Source of the DNA: Camelus ferus
Taxonomy: Eukaryota
Length of the DNA: 64,000 nucleotides
Assembly (NCBI RefSeq): GCF_009834535.1
Contig: NC_045698.1
Coordinates: 6,512,001 to 6,576,000, forward strand
Direction: 5' to 3'
The notes beneath the pieces are model-generated. The model searched no databases. It was not told where the DNA came from and saw nothing but the letters and a program-made list of their open reading frames with translations. Positions 12,489 to 25,095 of this stretch are shown in pieces. The translations under genes were made by a program, and so were the position numbers. Every line of letters starts with the position of its first letter. The stretch's first letter is position 1.

Positions 12489-14946
12489 AAAAAACTTGCT
12501 ACAGGAAATGAACAAAATGATCCACTGATGTGAGCTTTTCTTTAAAATGAAAGAAAAATATTCAATAATAGCCAATTCGATAAATTAAAACATTTTTATA
12601 TCAGTAAAAGCAAAATGATCCAACTGTCAAGAAAGCACAACGCGTCTGCCATTTACATTTTAATTTGTAAACATGACACATGAAACACAGAATTTTCAAA
12701 TGCTAGCAGTGCTTTGCCAGGCCCCTTTTGTTTTCACTTGTATATCTGCTCCCCAGGAGTCAGGTGTTCCATCAAGTCTCTTCATCTGTTTCTTTGCAAT
12801 GATGTATACTAATGCATTTTTCACATGTCCAGTATAGGAAAAATCCAACCAGGGCAAGTTTTGCAAAATATCTGTGCTCTGGAATTGGATTCTTCTAAAA
12901 CTCACTGCTTCATCTTGGACTGCCTGCCTGGTGGGTTTCTAAGAAACCAAAAATTATGATAGTTCACTTTACTTGAAGCATTCTTAATTTGGGTCTCCTT
13001 AACACCAAACAATTTGAAAACCACAGGTCTCATTTTAGGCTGTTTTACAGACGGGAATCCATGGTATCATATATATTTGGAATGTAAATAAACATTAAAT
13101 AATAGCCACAAATCTGGTAAATTATAGGAAAAAATGCATTCACTCTTCCAGGAAGGACAGAAGCAGGCAGCCAGCATCAGGGGTCGGCTGTTAGGTAAAG
13201 GCTGGCCTGGAGCAGGCTGAGGGTGAGCTTTGCTTCCAGAGGGAATTCTTGTGTGACTTTTGGACATCATTTCTCAAAGTTAGATCATCGCAGGATAATA
13301 CAGAACTCAATAAATGCATCTGATTTTTTTTCCCTGGGTATGTATTTAAAGGGAACTCTTAGGAAACAAAATTACAGTGGAATCAACTACCATTTCACAA
13401 CCAACTGAAATGTACTCCCTTTCTGAACCAAATGTAGGATTTGGGATTTCCACTGTTTCTCCAGCTTTTCACCTACTTGCACAATTCTCTGGCCATACCA
13501 GAAATACCTGTTCAACCTCCAGATCAAAATGTCAGCGTTAGAGATCTAAGCTACCCTGGCCCCTAAAATTCTGACTTGTCCAAGGGTTACCTGAGACACA
13601 CCTGGCAAGGTGTAAAGAGAAGCTTCTGGAAAGCTGTCAGTAAGCTGAGTTCAAAATCCTCTTGGCAGGCTGGCGTTGCCTTCTCTTCTGCTTATAACTT
13701 TTAAGAGTGTGGAAACCTCCTATTTCATTGAACCATCTGGAGCAATTAATCCTGGTGACTGCAGGATAAGAACCAAGCTAATCAGTGGCAGGTTTTTATT
13801 GCTGGATAACTCACACAAGAAGCAATTTCTACTCATCCATCCATCAAGGCAGATTTTTTTTTATTTAAAAGATTATGCAAATTCATATGTAAACTAGGTG
13901 AGACCCTCAGACTCTTGAACTGTGACTGGCTTTTTCCTCCAGCTACAAAGTTGGGGATGGGGCTGTCCTGCCCTGAACTCTGCTTGGCTTATAAGAACCC
14001 TGCGTCACCTACAAGAAATGTGTCTAGTGCAGAAGGTCTTAATTTTGCCTGTGACCTGCAGCATATGACTGTAGGCTATAAAATCTAATTGCAAAATCTT
14101 AATGCTAGGCCAGAGGATATTAAAACGTAATTCCCTTCAGATTTACAACTCTGGAATTATAAATGATGTTAATATGATGAAAAGTATAAAAATGAACAAT
14201 TTCTACTCAACAGGCACTTAGATGATTCCAAGAGTGGCCATGTTCTTGCTGGGTAAGCAGTGAGGACCAGAAGTCTGATGCATAGAAACAGAGTCTGTTG
14301 CCCCTGGGTAACTGCAGGGATTGCAGGAGACAGTTTCAGGAATTTCTTCCAACCTCAAAGTGTTGGGTTTTAAAATGTTCTTACACTTAGTTCTGCCACA
14401 CATTCAGGAACTGTCAGACTTTGGCTTTAAGAAAATAAATCATTTCTGGAAGATAGTATCTCTTTCTCACAATTCATACTCAGTTTCTTCTCTGTCTCCT
14501 TGTTAGTGGAAAAGCCATCTTTGCATCTAAGCCACTTCCTTCACAGACCTCAGGATTCAGGAGCCAAGAACTTAGGAGACAAGCCAGATTGTGCAAGGAA
14601 GTCTTCTCGCTTGAAGACATTCTAAAAAGGCCCAAGGTGGTCTCTTTGCACAAGTACTGATTCTCTCTGTACATAGAAGGTTTTCCCAGACAGACTCATG
14701 TTTTTTCCAGAAACTTTTGGGTCAAGCATTAGGATGATATGTACCAAGAATAGTCTTTATTTATATAGTCAACTAATATTTCTTGAGTCCCAGCTACATG
14801 GAAGGACTCACTGCAGGTCCTGGCTATGATGCAAAGCTACATAAGACAAGAACTGTGTCCTCAAGACATTTATAATTCAGTTTAAAGGGTGAAGAAGAGA
14901 AATGCTTTCTGGTCCCAAGGGAAGTGTAATAATAAATGCTCCAAGA

Positions 14947-15297
14947 CAGCACTGCCCAGTGAAAACATATTGTGCCCTACACAAGTAATGTTAAATTTTA
15001 ATGTTAAATTTTCCCGTAGCTACACTGAAAAATGTCAGGACGCAGGTAAAATTAACTTTCTACAATATAGTTCCTTTAACCCAATACAGCCAGGATATCC
15101 TTTCAAAATAAAAATTATTTAATAAAAGTTTGTTATCCAAATAAAAGTTATTGAGATGTTTTCATTTCATGTGTATGTTCTAAGTCTCTGAAAGCCAGTG
15201 TATATTTTGCACGACCACACATCTCCATTTGGACTCACCACGTTTCAACTGACCAGTAGCCAAACATGGCTAGTGGCTACTTATTGGACAGCACATA
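14947..15297. mobile_element. hAT-Charlie MITE (MER33-like)
   Basis: Termini 'cagcactgcccagt' and 'catggctagtggctacttattggacagcaca'; AT-rich interior. Confidence 0.7.
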
Positions 15298-16127
15298 TCT
15301 AAAGTATTAGGGAAAGGGCTTCCCTGGTAATACAGAGGTATTGTTCTATTACATCCATTACAGAAAAGGAAATGAACTTTGGGTCTTCTCAGAACCAACT
15401 GCCATTTACACTGTAACTGAATCAGGGACTGATTCCAACAAAACGGTCCTCTATTTGCCCAATCCTCAGTGAAAGCTACATGGGTCTTGGAGTTGGGTTG
15501 ACTTGGGTTGAGTCTCAGATGCAAAACTTTCTTTCTGTGGAGCTGCAAGGCCCCCACCAGTTGCTTTTATTATTATTTTTTGTAACAAATTATAAAACAG
15601 GAGAGTAATAAGGCAATTGTATGTGTTGAGAAGAATATGTAAATTACTCCCCATGCAGCACCCAGCAGAGAATCGGAAGCCTGAGAGAGTCTCAGGAAAT
15701 ACCAGTTCCCACCCTCCCCACTGCAGGCAGCAAAGGTGGTTTTCACCCATCTCACAATTTACCATGAAGATGGCTCTATTAAATCTTTTGACAACATCCT
15801 GAGGACCAGGCAACATGTCTGCATCCATTTAGTCCCTTCTTAGAACTATATTCACTTTCATGTAAATAAGAGTCTACCTGCTAAGAATGTAAGAGCCCTG
15901 CCAAACTTAGAAAGGCGTGAAGAACCATGCAAAACCAACTGAAAAGGTAACTCCCTTTGGCATAAATCTACTCATTAAGTGAGAGGCTGTTCAGTAACAG
16001 CTGACTCAGTGCATCTGGGGCATTCAAACCAAGCACTTCCTTCCCAAAGAGAAGTTTGGCCTGTGACCAGATCCTGGGAAATAATCTCTAAGACCTTGGA
16101 CTATCCTGCCTGACAACAGTGTCTTTG

Positions 16128-16321
16128 GTTTGTAAATAGAATTTGTATCATTTTTTTAAATTCCACATATAAGTAATATCATATGATATTTGTCTTTGCC
16201 TGACTTACTTCATTTAATATGATCGTCTCTAGGTCAATCCATGTTGCTGCAAATGGCATTATTTTGTTCTTTTTTATGGCTGAGTAATATTCCATCAAAC
16301 ACACACACGCACACGCACACG

Positions 16322-16362
<41 letters not shown>

Positions 16363-16688
16363 ATCTTCTTTATCTAGCCATCTGTTGATGGATATTTAGG
16401 TTGTTTCCAAAAAAACAAACTATGGTTACTAAAGGGGAAAGAGCAGGGAGGGATAATTTAGGAGTTGGGGATTAACAGACACATATTACTGTGTATAAAA
16501 TAGAAAAACAACAAGGACCTACTTATAGCACAGGGAATTATATTCAATTTCTTATAATAATATATGATGGAAAAGAACCTGAAAAGAAAAAAAAATATGT
16601 ATGTATATGTGTAACTGAATCACTTTGCTGTACACCTGAAATGAACATTGTAAATCAACTACACTTCAATAAAAATATTTTTTTAAAA
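16128..16688 (+). mobile_element. L1 3' end with inverted 5' segment (16128-16409 minus, 16410-16688 plus)
   Basis: Minus part encodes the L1 ORF2 C-terminus MEYYSAIKKNKIMPFAATWIDLETIILNEVSQ; plus part is the L1 3'UTR ending AATAAA (16668) and an A-rich tail. Confidence 0.88.
16299..16360. repeat. (CA)n/(CG)n compound microsatellite
   Basis: acacacacgcacacgcacacgcacgcgcgcgcacacac... Confidence 0.95.
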
Positions 16689-18569
16689 AAGAGTGACTTC
16701 ATATACCTGGGAGCCTTGGGCCACACCAGACAGCCCACGCAGCAATGTGATTAATACTGGGGGCCTTTGAGCACACTCTGTCAGCCTGACCTCCACTGGG
16801 GCTGGAGACTGAATAACTAAGGTCAGCTGCACAGGTGTTCTGTACCCACCGACTGAGTCAAAAAATTCCCTGGACACCGAGGCTCAAGTGAGATCCTCTG
16901 GTTGGCTCCATTCCATACATTCTATCACACACCTTGCTCAGAGAATTGAATTCTGCCCAGATGATTCTACTGGGAGAGAACAAACAGAATCTCACACATG
17001 GCTTCTCCTAGACTGTGTTCTACCTGCCTTTTACCTTTGCTAATTTCGGTCTGTATCCTTTTTCTGTAACAACCATCACTATGAGTATAACAATAACAAC
17101 TCTTCTGAGTTCTGTGAATCTTTCTAGTGGAATCATTGAAACTAACTCAGAGGGTATGCTCCCTCACGACGATGATCACAGCAAATAAAATAATAAAAAC
17201 CCAGGTAAATATTCCTGGAAGGTATTCAAGTACAGACATTTTGGTTGAGGTGAGTCAGAAATGCACAGAAATCACTCTCTCACTCTATTAGAGGACTATT
17301 TAACCTACTTAATAAAAAGAGATCCCAGCTTCCTTGGATAGCATCTGAATCTCTTAAGGGGTGAGTCAGGGTTTCCAAAGGGGCAATTCTTTCCTAGGGT
17401 CAAGCTCACCAAATTCTTTATATGAGTCATCATAGAACTTCAGCTGAAAAACAGGTAAATGTTATGCATAATATAATTAGTATATTTCATTGTGATTTTC
17501 TTCACATATTTTGCAGCCCTCTGCTCTGCTTTTTGTTTGTTTGTTTTTGGTTTTGTTTTCTAAATCAGTATAATGAATTCTCTACTTAAGAATTTTTACC
17601 TTGGATTCTTCCACAGAAACCAATAAGATAACAACAAGTTAATAAAAGTGAGCAGGCATTCCATTCAAGTGTTCATTGTTCTGTTCAATAATTAATACTC
17701 TGATAGTCAATGAAGAAAGAAAGCCAGAAGGCGACTGCTTTGGAGAAATCTTCCAGGAGGGCTGGAAAGAAGAAACGTCAGACTCAGTGGCATGAGGGTC
17801 TCAGCTCTCCTGCGGCATCCGCACAGACAGATGAAGGCACAGTCTTAGTTCCTGATGTCCCTGTGAACTTCCGACACGTGGACCCACCAACAGCCTTTGG
17901 AGGGCAACCCAATGTCAAGCTCAAGGCTGCACTGCTCCCCCTGGCTTCCTCCGCCTCACAAGGTTCCATGGGTCACAGTGAGCTGCCTCTGCTGGCCGTC
18001 ACCCCCTCTCAAACTCAGCTGTCCTTCACTTCTCTGCTGTTTTTCCCCAGCACAGACCCTCTAACTGCACCACAATCCGCTCTTCACTGAACTCATTCTC
18101 ATATCCCCATTGTGCTATTAGGATTCCAACCTTTCTGAATGATCTTCCCTTCTGCTCTCTAACAAGCGTAACAGGCTGGAAGCCACTGAAGAGTAGGGTG
18201 CAAATTTATAAATTTCTGTGTTCTAGTAGGTGGTGCAATAGGCTTCAAATGAATATGCATTTGAAAACGGAAATGAACACTGAAGGTAACATTGAACATT
18301 TCAGGGCACAAGGCAGCCCCAGAATCTCCCTGCATCCTTCCTTAATAACCCTCACCAGCCATTCTCCTTCCCTTCTGGGCCACCAACAGCCTGTGTAATA
18401 CCTCTTGATGGGTGCTTATGTTTAAGTGGCACTTACGACTTCTATCCCACCATTCTTTCCTTTGTTTTTATATGTGAACAAGTTTATATATAAGTAATGT
18501 TGTGAATTGATCTTAAAAAATCATTTTTATTATTTATAGAGCATAATTGTTAGTGTCTAGGATCTAGAA

Positions 18570-18787
18570 CAGGACCTGGTGAATGGTGGTCCATGGTCCA
18601 CACTGGACCCATTGCTTCTTCTGTAAATAACTTTTTATGGAGCACAGCATTGCCCATTCATTTAATGTACACTCTAGGGCCGCATCTGGGGGACACTGGC
18701 AAAGGTGAATGCAGATTGTCTGACCACCAAGGCCTATGACGTTTACTATCTGCCCCTTACAGCAACAAACATGTGCTCCAATCTCTG
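18570..18787. mobile_element. hAT-Charlie MITE (MER58A-like)
   Basis: cag...ctg termini with 8-bp TSD atctagaa/ctctagaa (18562-18569, 18788-18795), the typical NTCTAGAN target; internal 'ctgtaaataactttttatggagcacagc', 'tttactatctgccccttacag'. Confidence 0.8.
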
Positions 18788-20080
18788 CTCTAGAAGATCA
18801 CAAACTAAGAAAAGCTCAGTAAATATGTACTACAGATAATTAAACATCCTAGGTGGAATTCCTTAGTAACAGAGACAAAAAATAATACACAGCCTTTAAG
18901 TAAGAAGAATCTCTAAACACATCTACTCACAAATGCCCCATTTTAATGATGAGAAATCAGAGGGAACGATCACGCCACATGGCATGCTACGTGTCACTTA
19001 GCATCAGCAAGTAAGGGCATTTCCAGAATATTTTATCCCATTAGTTTCATTTGTCCTTCAATATTTCCCAACTAAAACAAAAAGGAATTCAGAACATCTC
19101 ACCCTCCTCATGGATAAAAGTTGAGTGTTCCATGCACAGGCACACAAAATCATTGTGCAACCCCAGCTAATGACTATACTTCCATTTCCTCCAAAAAAAT
19201 AAACCTGAAATTCCTAGCATGGCCTATTAGCTGATGTTCTCTACGGTTCCAGGAAACTTACACGCCTCCCTCCTAGGCTCCTACTTTGGTACCAGTGGCC
19301 CCAAGTCAAACACTAAAGACGTTAGAATGGAAGAAAAAAAAAAGGTTTTCAATTTGAAACAAAAGCTGACATTTATGGGGTTTTATTTCCAGCAAAGGTG
19401 GACTTCTGCCTGGCCCAGCATCCCCCAGAGAGCTCTGCCCTGCACACCTTCCCATCACCAACGTCCACTAAGACGGGCTCCCACGCGGTGCACAGAGGAG
19501 ACGAGGGAGAATAAATGCTACCGGCCCTTTTGTTCTGTCCGCTCTGGCTTATTTTGGTGACACTGTGGTTGTTTTCATTTCCAGGCGCTGACCTGACAGG
19601 GGCGCTAAGCCTGGCTGTCTAAGAGCTGCTCGCCTTCCCATCAGGTTTATGGGGACACACCAGGAGCCGCAGCTTTGAGTTCCGTGGAGAGAGTCGTGAA
19701 TGCAGCGTCAGTCACACTTCTAAACTTGCCTTAATTTTTTTCCCGACAAGTTCATACAGTCATTTCCTGCTGTATCCCAAATGATTTCACAGACCCCCCC
19801 GCCGCTGTGCCCAGTATTCATGGGGTTCCTCAAGGTCAAGTCTGATCGCTTGATCCCATCCATGCTTCCCCCTGAGATCATCCACTACCGGGCTCACGGC
19901 GGCTTCTCTTTGGGGGACAGTCAGCAACTCTGTGCCCGGCCCTGCTCCAGGAACTAGACAGCCTGCAGGAGAGGACGCAGAGAAGGTTCTTCCTCTCATC
20001 CGATGAGCAGGCTGGCGAGGAGGACAGAGTCAGTAACGTAAATTATAAGTAACAAGATGTAAATTAAAAGGGTGATTTTT

Positions 20081-20152
20081 AAAAAAATTTTTAATTGTTT
20101 TTTTGTTTGAGGGGGCTGGTAATTAGGTTTGTTTACTTTTAATGGAGGTACT
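20081..20152 (-). mobile_element. 5'-truncated Vic-1-like SINE (3' part only)
   Basis: 'ggtaattaggtttgtttacttttaatggaggtact' matches the 3' part of the copy at 12.4 kb; 11-bp TSD gggtgattttt at 20070-20080 and 20153-20163. Confidence 0.8.
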
Positions 20153-20179
20153 GGGTGATTTTTTTTTTTTAGTGCATGG

Positions 20180-21150
20180 CTTGGAGCTACTTTATGCAGA
20201 GTTTACAGGGAAGACCACCCTGCTGAAACCTCCGTGACAAAAATGAGTCACACAGAGACCTGGCAGAAGGGCACTCCAGGAGAGGGGCCTGTCTGGGGAG
20301 AGGTCCTGGGGTGCGGATGAGCCAGGGGTCAGCACACAGCAGAAGGGGCCAGTTCAGGTAGGGACTTGCAGGTGAAGGTGAAAACGATTACACTTAATTC
20401 TGTAGGAGCGATCGGAAAATTCTTTCTGTAAAGGGCCGGAGAGTGAGGCTTTGCAGGCCAGAGGATCTTTGACACAGCTTCTCGACTCTACTGTTGTCTG
20501 TACAGGGGAACACAGATGCGTAGGTGACGCTAGGTTCCAACAGGAGGACACTCACACTCACTGGAGGTGGGTGGCGGTTGTCGCCAGCCCCTGTCCTATG
20601 GCACAAGGGAACCAAGGTGTGGGGGCGGGGGACGTGCTGGGGTGGGAGGAGGGAAGCATGAGCTACACTGCATTTTGACAAGCTCCTTTGGTTATGGAGT
20701 GAAGAGTGAATCCCCGTGGACGCAGAGGGCAGAAAGGCGGATATGCCTTAGCCATCCGGGGGAGCCAGAGGGAAGGGGCACGTGGTGGGGGGGGGGTGGA
20801 TCCCAACTAGCTGAATGGGGAAAGAAGGAAATGGGAGGCATTAAGGATGGTGCCCAAGTTCTCCCTGAGAGCAACTCAGCCTCTGGGGGCATTTCTGAAA
20901 TTGGAGAAACAAGAGGAAAAACAGGTTTGGGAGTCTGGAAAGCTAAGTGGGGATCCCCCCTGGAAACCCCAGCGCAGACAGGAATAGGGAGGTGCAGGGC
21001 TCAGGAGCGGCTGAACTCGACATAAAAATGTGACCGCCATCCACACAGAGATGGTATTTGATATGAGTCTCTATAGGGATATTAAAGGAAGCAATTTAGA
21101 ACAAAAAGAAAGTGGGTCTCCATGCTGAAATTCAGCAAAATGACTTGTGC
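20180..21150 (-). mobile_element. Degenerate L2 with a truncated MER58-like insert (~20405-20500)
   Basis: 'gcattaaggatggtgcccaagtt', 'catccacacagagatggtatttga' are L2 antisense hallmarks; 'tttctgtaaagggccggagagt...ggctttgcaggcca' is MER58-like. Confidence 0.55.
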
Positions 21151-21660
21151 AACGTTGAGCAAAGGGACAAGTGGATGCGTGCAAGAATAAAGGCACGAAT
21201 TCTACCCTCTTCATCAGCAGGGTCGTGTGAGTCCTGCCCAGCCATCCACATTGCCCAACGTTCACTGAAGAATTTCACACCTAATAGCACGCGATGGTAT
21301 CCATCTTAGAATCAATTTGACTACTTAAACCCCTCCCTGAAACCAGTAAGCCATTTATCTGCACATGTGCTTCTAAGCCTCTCCCAATCAGACACTGTTT
21401 CTAGTGCCATAAATACACATTCTAACCTGCCTCCTCCATCCTTCTCCAGAAGTGACGGCTTAGAGGTGCAGTTAAGTTCCCAGCTTCACTGAAGATGCCT
21501 CTCCGAGGGCTCCCTTGAAAGACTGACACTCTTTCGGTGGTAATTAGATGGGTAATTAACATCTTTTTTGAAACATTACTAGATATTTGTTCTGATTCGT
21601 TTCTGCTTCCAGTCAGCTCATTTTCTGTGCATGAGCAGAAAAAGGACAGTTGTGTGCATC

Positions 21661-21692
21661 TGTGTGTGTGTGCGTGTGCGTGTGTGTGTGTG
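21661..21692. repeat. (TG)n microsatellite
   Basis: tgtgtgtgtgtgcgtgtgcgtgtgtgtgtgtg. Confidence 0.9.
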
Positions 21693-23449
21693 CATGAAGA
21701 AAGTTCAGCTCTGCCTGCCTTTGCCTCAGGGTATGAAATGTAACAGATGTTACTGTAACTACAAATTTTTATGCTTTAAGAAAAGGATGAAGGAGGTGGA
21801 GTAGGCTGACTTGAAGGCTCTTTGGATTCCAAATCAGACAAAAAAAAAAAAAAAGGCTTTGCACACAGTTATAAGAAAGTGCAAGCGGAAAAGAACCCCC
21901 ACACAGTTCAAAGGGACCTGAGTTTAATCAGACAAAAACAAAAACAATTTTCATAGCCTCAGGAACCCACTGGGTGTGCGAGGAAGCTGTGCAGTTGGGT
22001 GGTATTAGGCATTAAAGCCAGCACACGTTTTTATGATTCTCTCTTTGTTTGCAACTCGTGTTCAAAGAAATTCACAGTGTAAAACAGATACTGAAGTGGA
22101 TCAGATCCACGAATTAACGTCGTCACGGAAAGCAGCTTCCTACTCAGAGCGAGACAACAAGTGGCCTGTCAGTTACAGGGGTGCCTGTCCGGCCACCCAA
22201 GCCCCGTCTCCCAGGGATCCCACTGTGCAGCCTTCTCCGTCCCTTCCAGTGATGCGCTCTCGTGCACCGGATGTGACCATCAAGCTGCTCCTGACCGCCC
22301 CAAGGAGCCTGACTTCAAGACAGAGCCCGAAACAAGAGGAGGCTGAAGCTGGCAAGATGTAGAGTCCTTTTCTTCTGAAAAATCTTTCTCCGTCCTGGGC
22401 CCATTCACAGGGGTCTTTGTTTCCCACCTGAAGGTCACGTGCGTGGCCAATCTACATCTCATTAATTATAACTCTTGGCAAGCCATTAAAAATCTCATTT
22501 CATGTTACCATTCACCCTTCTTTTAACTGACTTTTCACAATTATAATTCTATCTTTGATATACTAGGCCTATTAAATTTAATGCCATACAGAGATCTGAG
22601 AACTACTGAAGAGAAAAAGACCAAGGCTGGACTCTGTCCACTAAAGGATATGCAGTCCTTGAGAGAATATGTAAGGGAGGAAAAAACAGCAGAGAAGTCT
22701 ATTTTCATATGTAGAGACAGAAAGAAGTCAAGTTAATTGCATATGGTCACCATAATAATGCTGTCCTTCTGGAAGGGCTATAATTAGCGAGAACTGTTTT
22801 CACAAACAGGACAGACCAAGCCGATGACTCTAGCTTGCATTAGTTCTTTTTTTTCCTCCCACCAGTTATAAACATTTCTATTTTTATTGTTCCCAAAACA
22901 TAAATACTACTACATTAAGGATGCCCAGGCATAAGAGACCCTGACTATAACTCTACAAACTTGAGGAATAAATAGAAGCCTCTTTTCAAATGTGGAGTCT
23001 GTTAAAGGGATTAAGGTGACCAGAGGAGAAGAAGGTCGCCCTGGAAGCCAAATGTAATTGGTGACGTCAAGACAAAAAGCTCCGGATGAAAGATCTCTTC
23101 TGACCGTGTTAGTAGCTTGGAATAAAGGGAGACCCACAGAAAAGGAACCCGGTGCCCAGGGCGAAGGTGAGAGGGGCATCTGAATCTTCCATGTCTTGAA
23201 AATTATAAGGCAACAGTTCTTTACCTCCACATCATACAATATAATATCGATGAATATTTATGGCTCTATTTCTCATCCATTTTTTAAACTAGTTATTTAA
23301 CTAACATTATTTGGACAGGAATGATGAGAATCCCTTTTCCAAGTGCTGAAATTCAACTAAAAAAGAAGGAATCATCAGGTTTCAATCAAACTGAACTGAA
23401 GGCAGTGAATTATCCTTGAATATATTGCAGGGACACACTCCAGGCCCCC

Positions 23450-24080
23450 CACCCATTCACTGAATTCTGCTGCTTCTGCATCTTTAATCTGCACCCCTGC
23501 ACCCCAGCCATGGCTGTGGTCGGGGTCACTGCTCACCTGGCTATGCCCAGAACTTCTCCTTCAGTGCCTTGGCCCTCCAGTATCCCCTGCCTGTGTCAAC
23601 ATCTTTAGATAAAACCTCAGCAAAACCACACCGATCAGGTTCCATCTCATCTCCAACTACATTCTCTCTAGCAAACAAGGTATACTTTGGGCTCTAACTG
23701 TATCAAGGACTTTTGGTCCAGGGACTAACCAGACCTCCCCTTAACCTTCCTTTCCTCACTTAGCGCTCTGTTACCTGTTTCCAGATGCCAGTTGTGAAGA
23801 CACCTTCTCCAGAAAGCTTCCATGCATCTCCTGAGACAAGAGGAAGAATGCCTCCCATGCATGCACAGTGCACGAGCTCTGCCCTGACAGAACCCACGAC
23901 ACCATGTTCCATCTGCCTGATTGCACAGCTGTCTTCCCACTTCCTGTCTTCCCAGAGCCTAACACAACGGCTGACACAAAACGGGCACCTGCTCGATAAA
24001 AATGTTCTTAATGAACGAGCACATGCTGGTTCAATGAACAACCGAATAAATAAATGTTGACCACAAAGTTGAACGAATGA
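23450..24080 (+). mobile_element. L2 3' region
   Basis: Ends 'cagagcctaacacaacggctgacacaaaacgggcacctgctcgataaaaatgttcttaatgaa', resembling the L2 tail. Confidence 0.55.
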
Positions 24081-24290
24081 GTGTTAGTTCTCAGGTTTCC
24101 ACTCTGTGATGAAAGGGATGAAACTGAAATACAAGAGGAAGCTATGGATGCTGCATGAGTTATTTCAGCTAGATGGGGTGGTCTGTCCCTCTGTAGTATA
24201 AAAAATGCCCCTGGGATTTAGCAAAGGAGTCCCTTGCGTTAGGCACTAAGGTACATAATGAGATATTTTTGCCTCAAACTTTAAAAAAAA

Positions 24291-24618
24291 TTTTTTAACT
24301 CAAGTATAGTCAGTTTACAGTGTTGTGTTAATTTCTGGTGTACAGCATGGTGATTCAGTTTTATACATGTATTCCTTTTCATAGTCTTTTTCATTACAGG
24401 CTATTATAAGGCATTGAATACAGTTCCCTGTGCTGCACAGTAGGACCTTGGTGTTTACCTGTTTTATATATAGTAGTCAGTATCTGCAAATCCTGAACTC
24501 CCAGTTTATCCCTCCCCCTGTCCCTTCCCCTCTGGTAACCACAAGTTTGTTTTCTGTCTGAGTCTGTTTCTGTTTTGTAAATAAATTCATTCGTTTCCAT
24601 TTTTTTTAGATTCCGCAT
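24291..24618 (-). mobile_element. 5'-truncated lineage-specific L1 3' end
   Basis: Reverse complement of the 3'UTR seen at 36607-36928 (e.g. 'cagttccctgtgctgcacagtaggacc', 'ggtaaccacaagtttgttttct'). Confidence 0.88.
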
Positions 24619-24917
24619 TTTGATTCAAGGCACAAAGCACCGGCTGAGAGCCCCTCGTAAGCATGGCGGCCAGGAGGGCCAGGAGAAGCTTCTGTTAACG
24701 TGAGGAGGGGGAGCACAGAGATGCTGACAAGGATGCGGTGTGCTTCCCCTCCCGTCCAGGCCCCCAGGTCCTCAGCAGCACCAAACTCCCTGCCTACACA
24801 CACACACACACACACACGACGTGCACACAAGGTCAAAGCAGCACGCTACAAGCTCTTTCCCACCAAATCTCACGGCTGTAGAATTCTAGAGCCTGACCTT
24901 TGCTGTCCAACACGACC

Positions 24918-25095
24918 AGGATTCTAGTCCCTGCCCTGCTCCACATGCACCCTGGCGTTATGGGCAAGTTACTTCACTTCTCTTAGCCTGTTTTCTGGGC
25001 TACATAAAAGGGCAGGGACATAGCCACTTTATAGAACTTTCATGAAGACCAAAACCATGTCGTATGTAAGGGACTCAGTAAATACTCGTTGTTGT
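24918..25095 (+). mobile_element. MIR SINE
   Basis: 'tgggcaagttacttcacttctcttagcctgttttct'. Confidence 0.65.

Larger units (their letters stand above)
16040..17155 (+). mobile_element. ERVL LTR (MER21-like), split by an L1 insertion
   Basis: 'cctggacaccgaggctcaagtgag', 'ctactgggagagaacaa', 'ctgtatccttt...ctgagttctgtgaatctttctag'; the left part resumes after the L1 with 'tacctgggagccttgggccacaccaga'. Confidence 0.7.

Noticed and set aside
20567..21025. 152-aa Gly-rich ORF
   Set aside because: G-rich, L2-antisense-derived sequence; chance ORF
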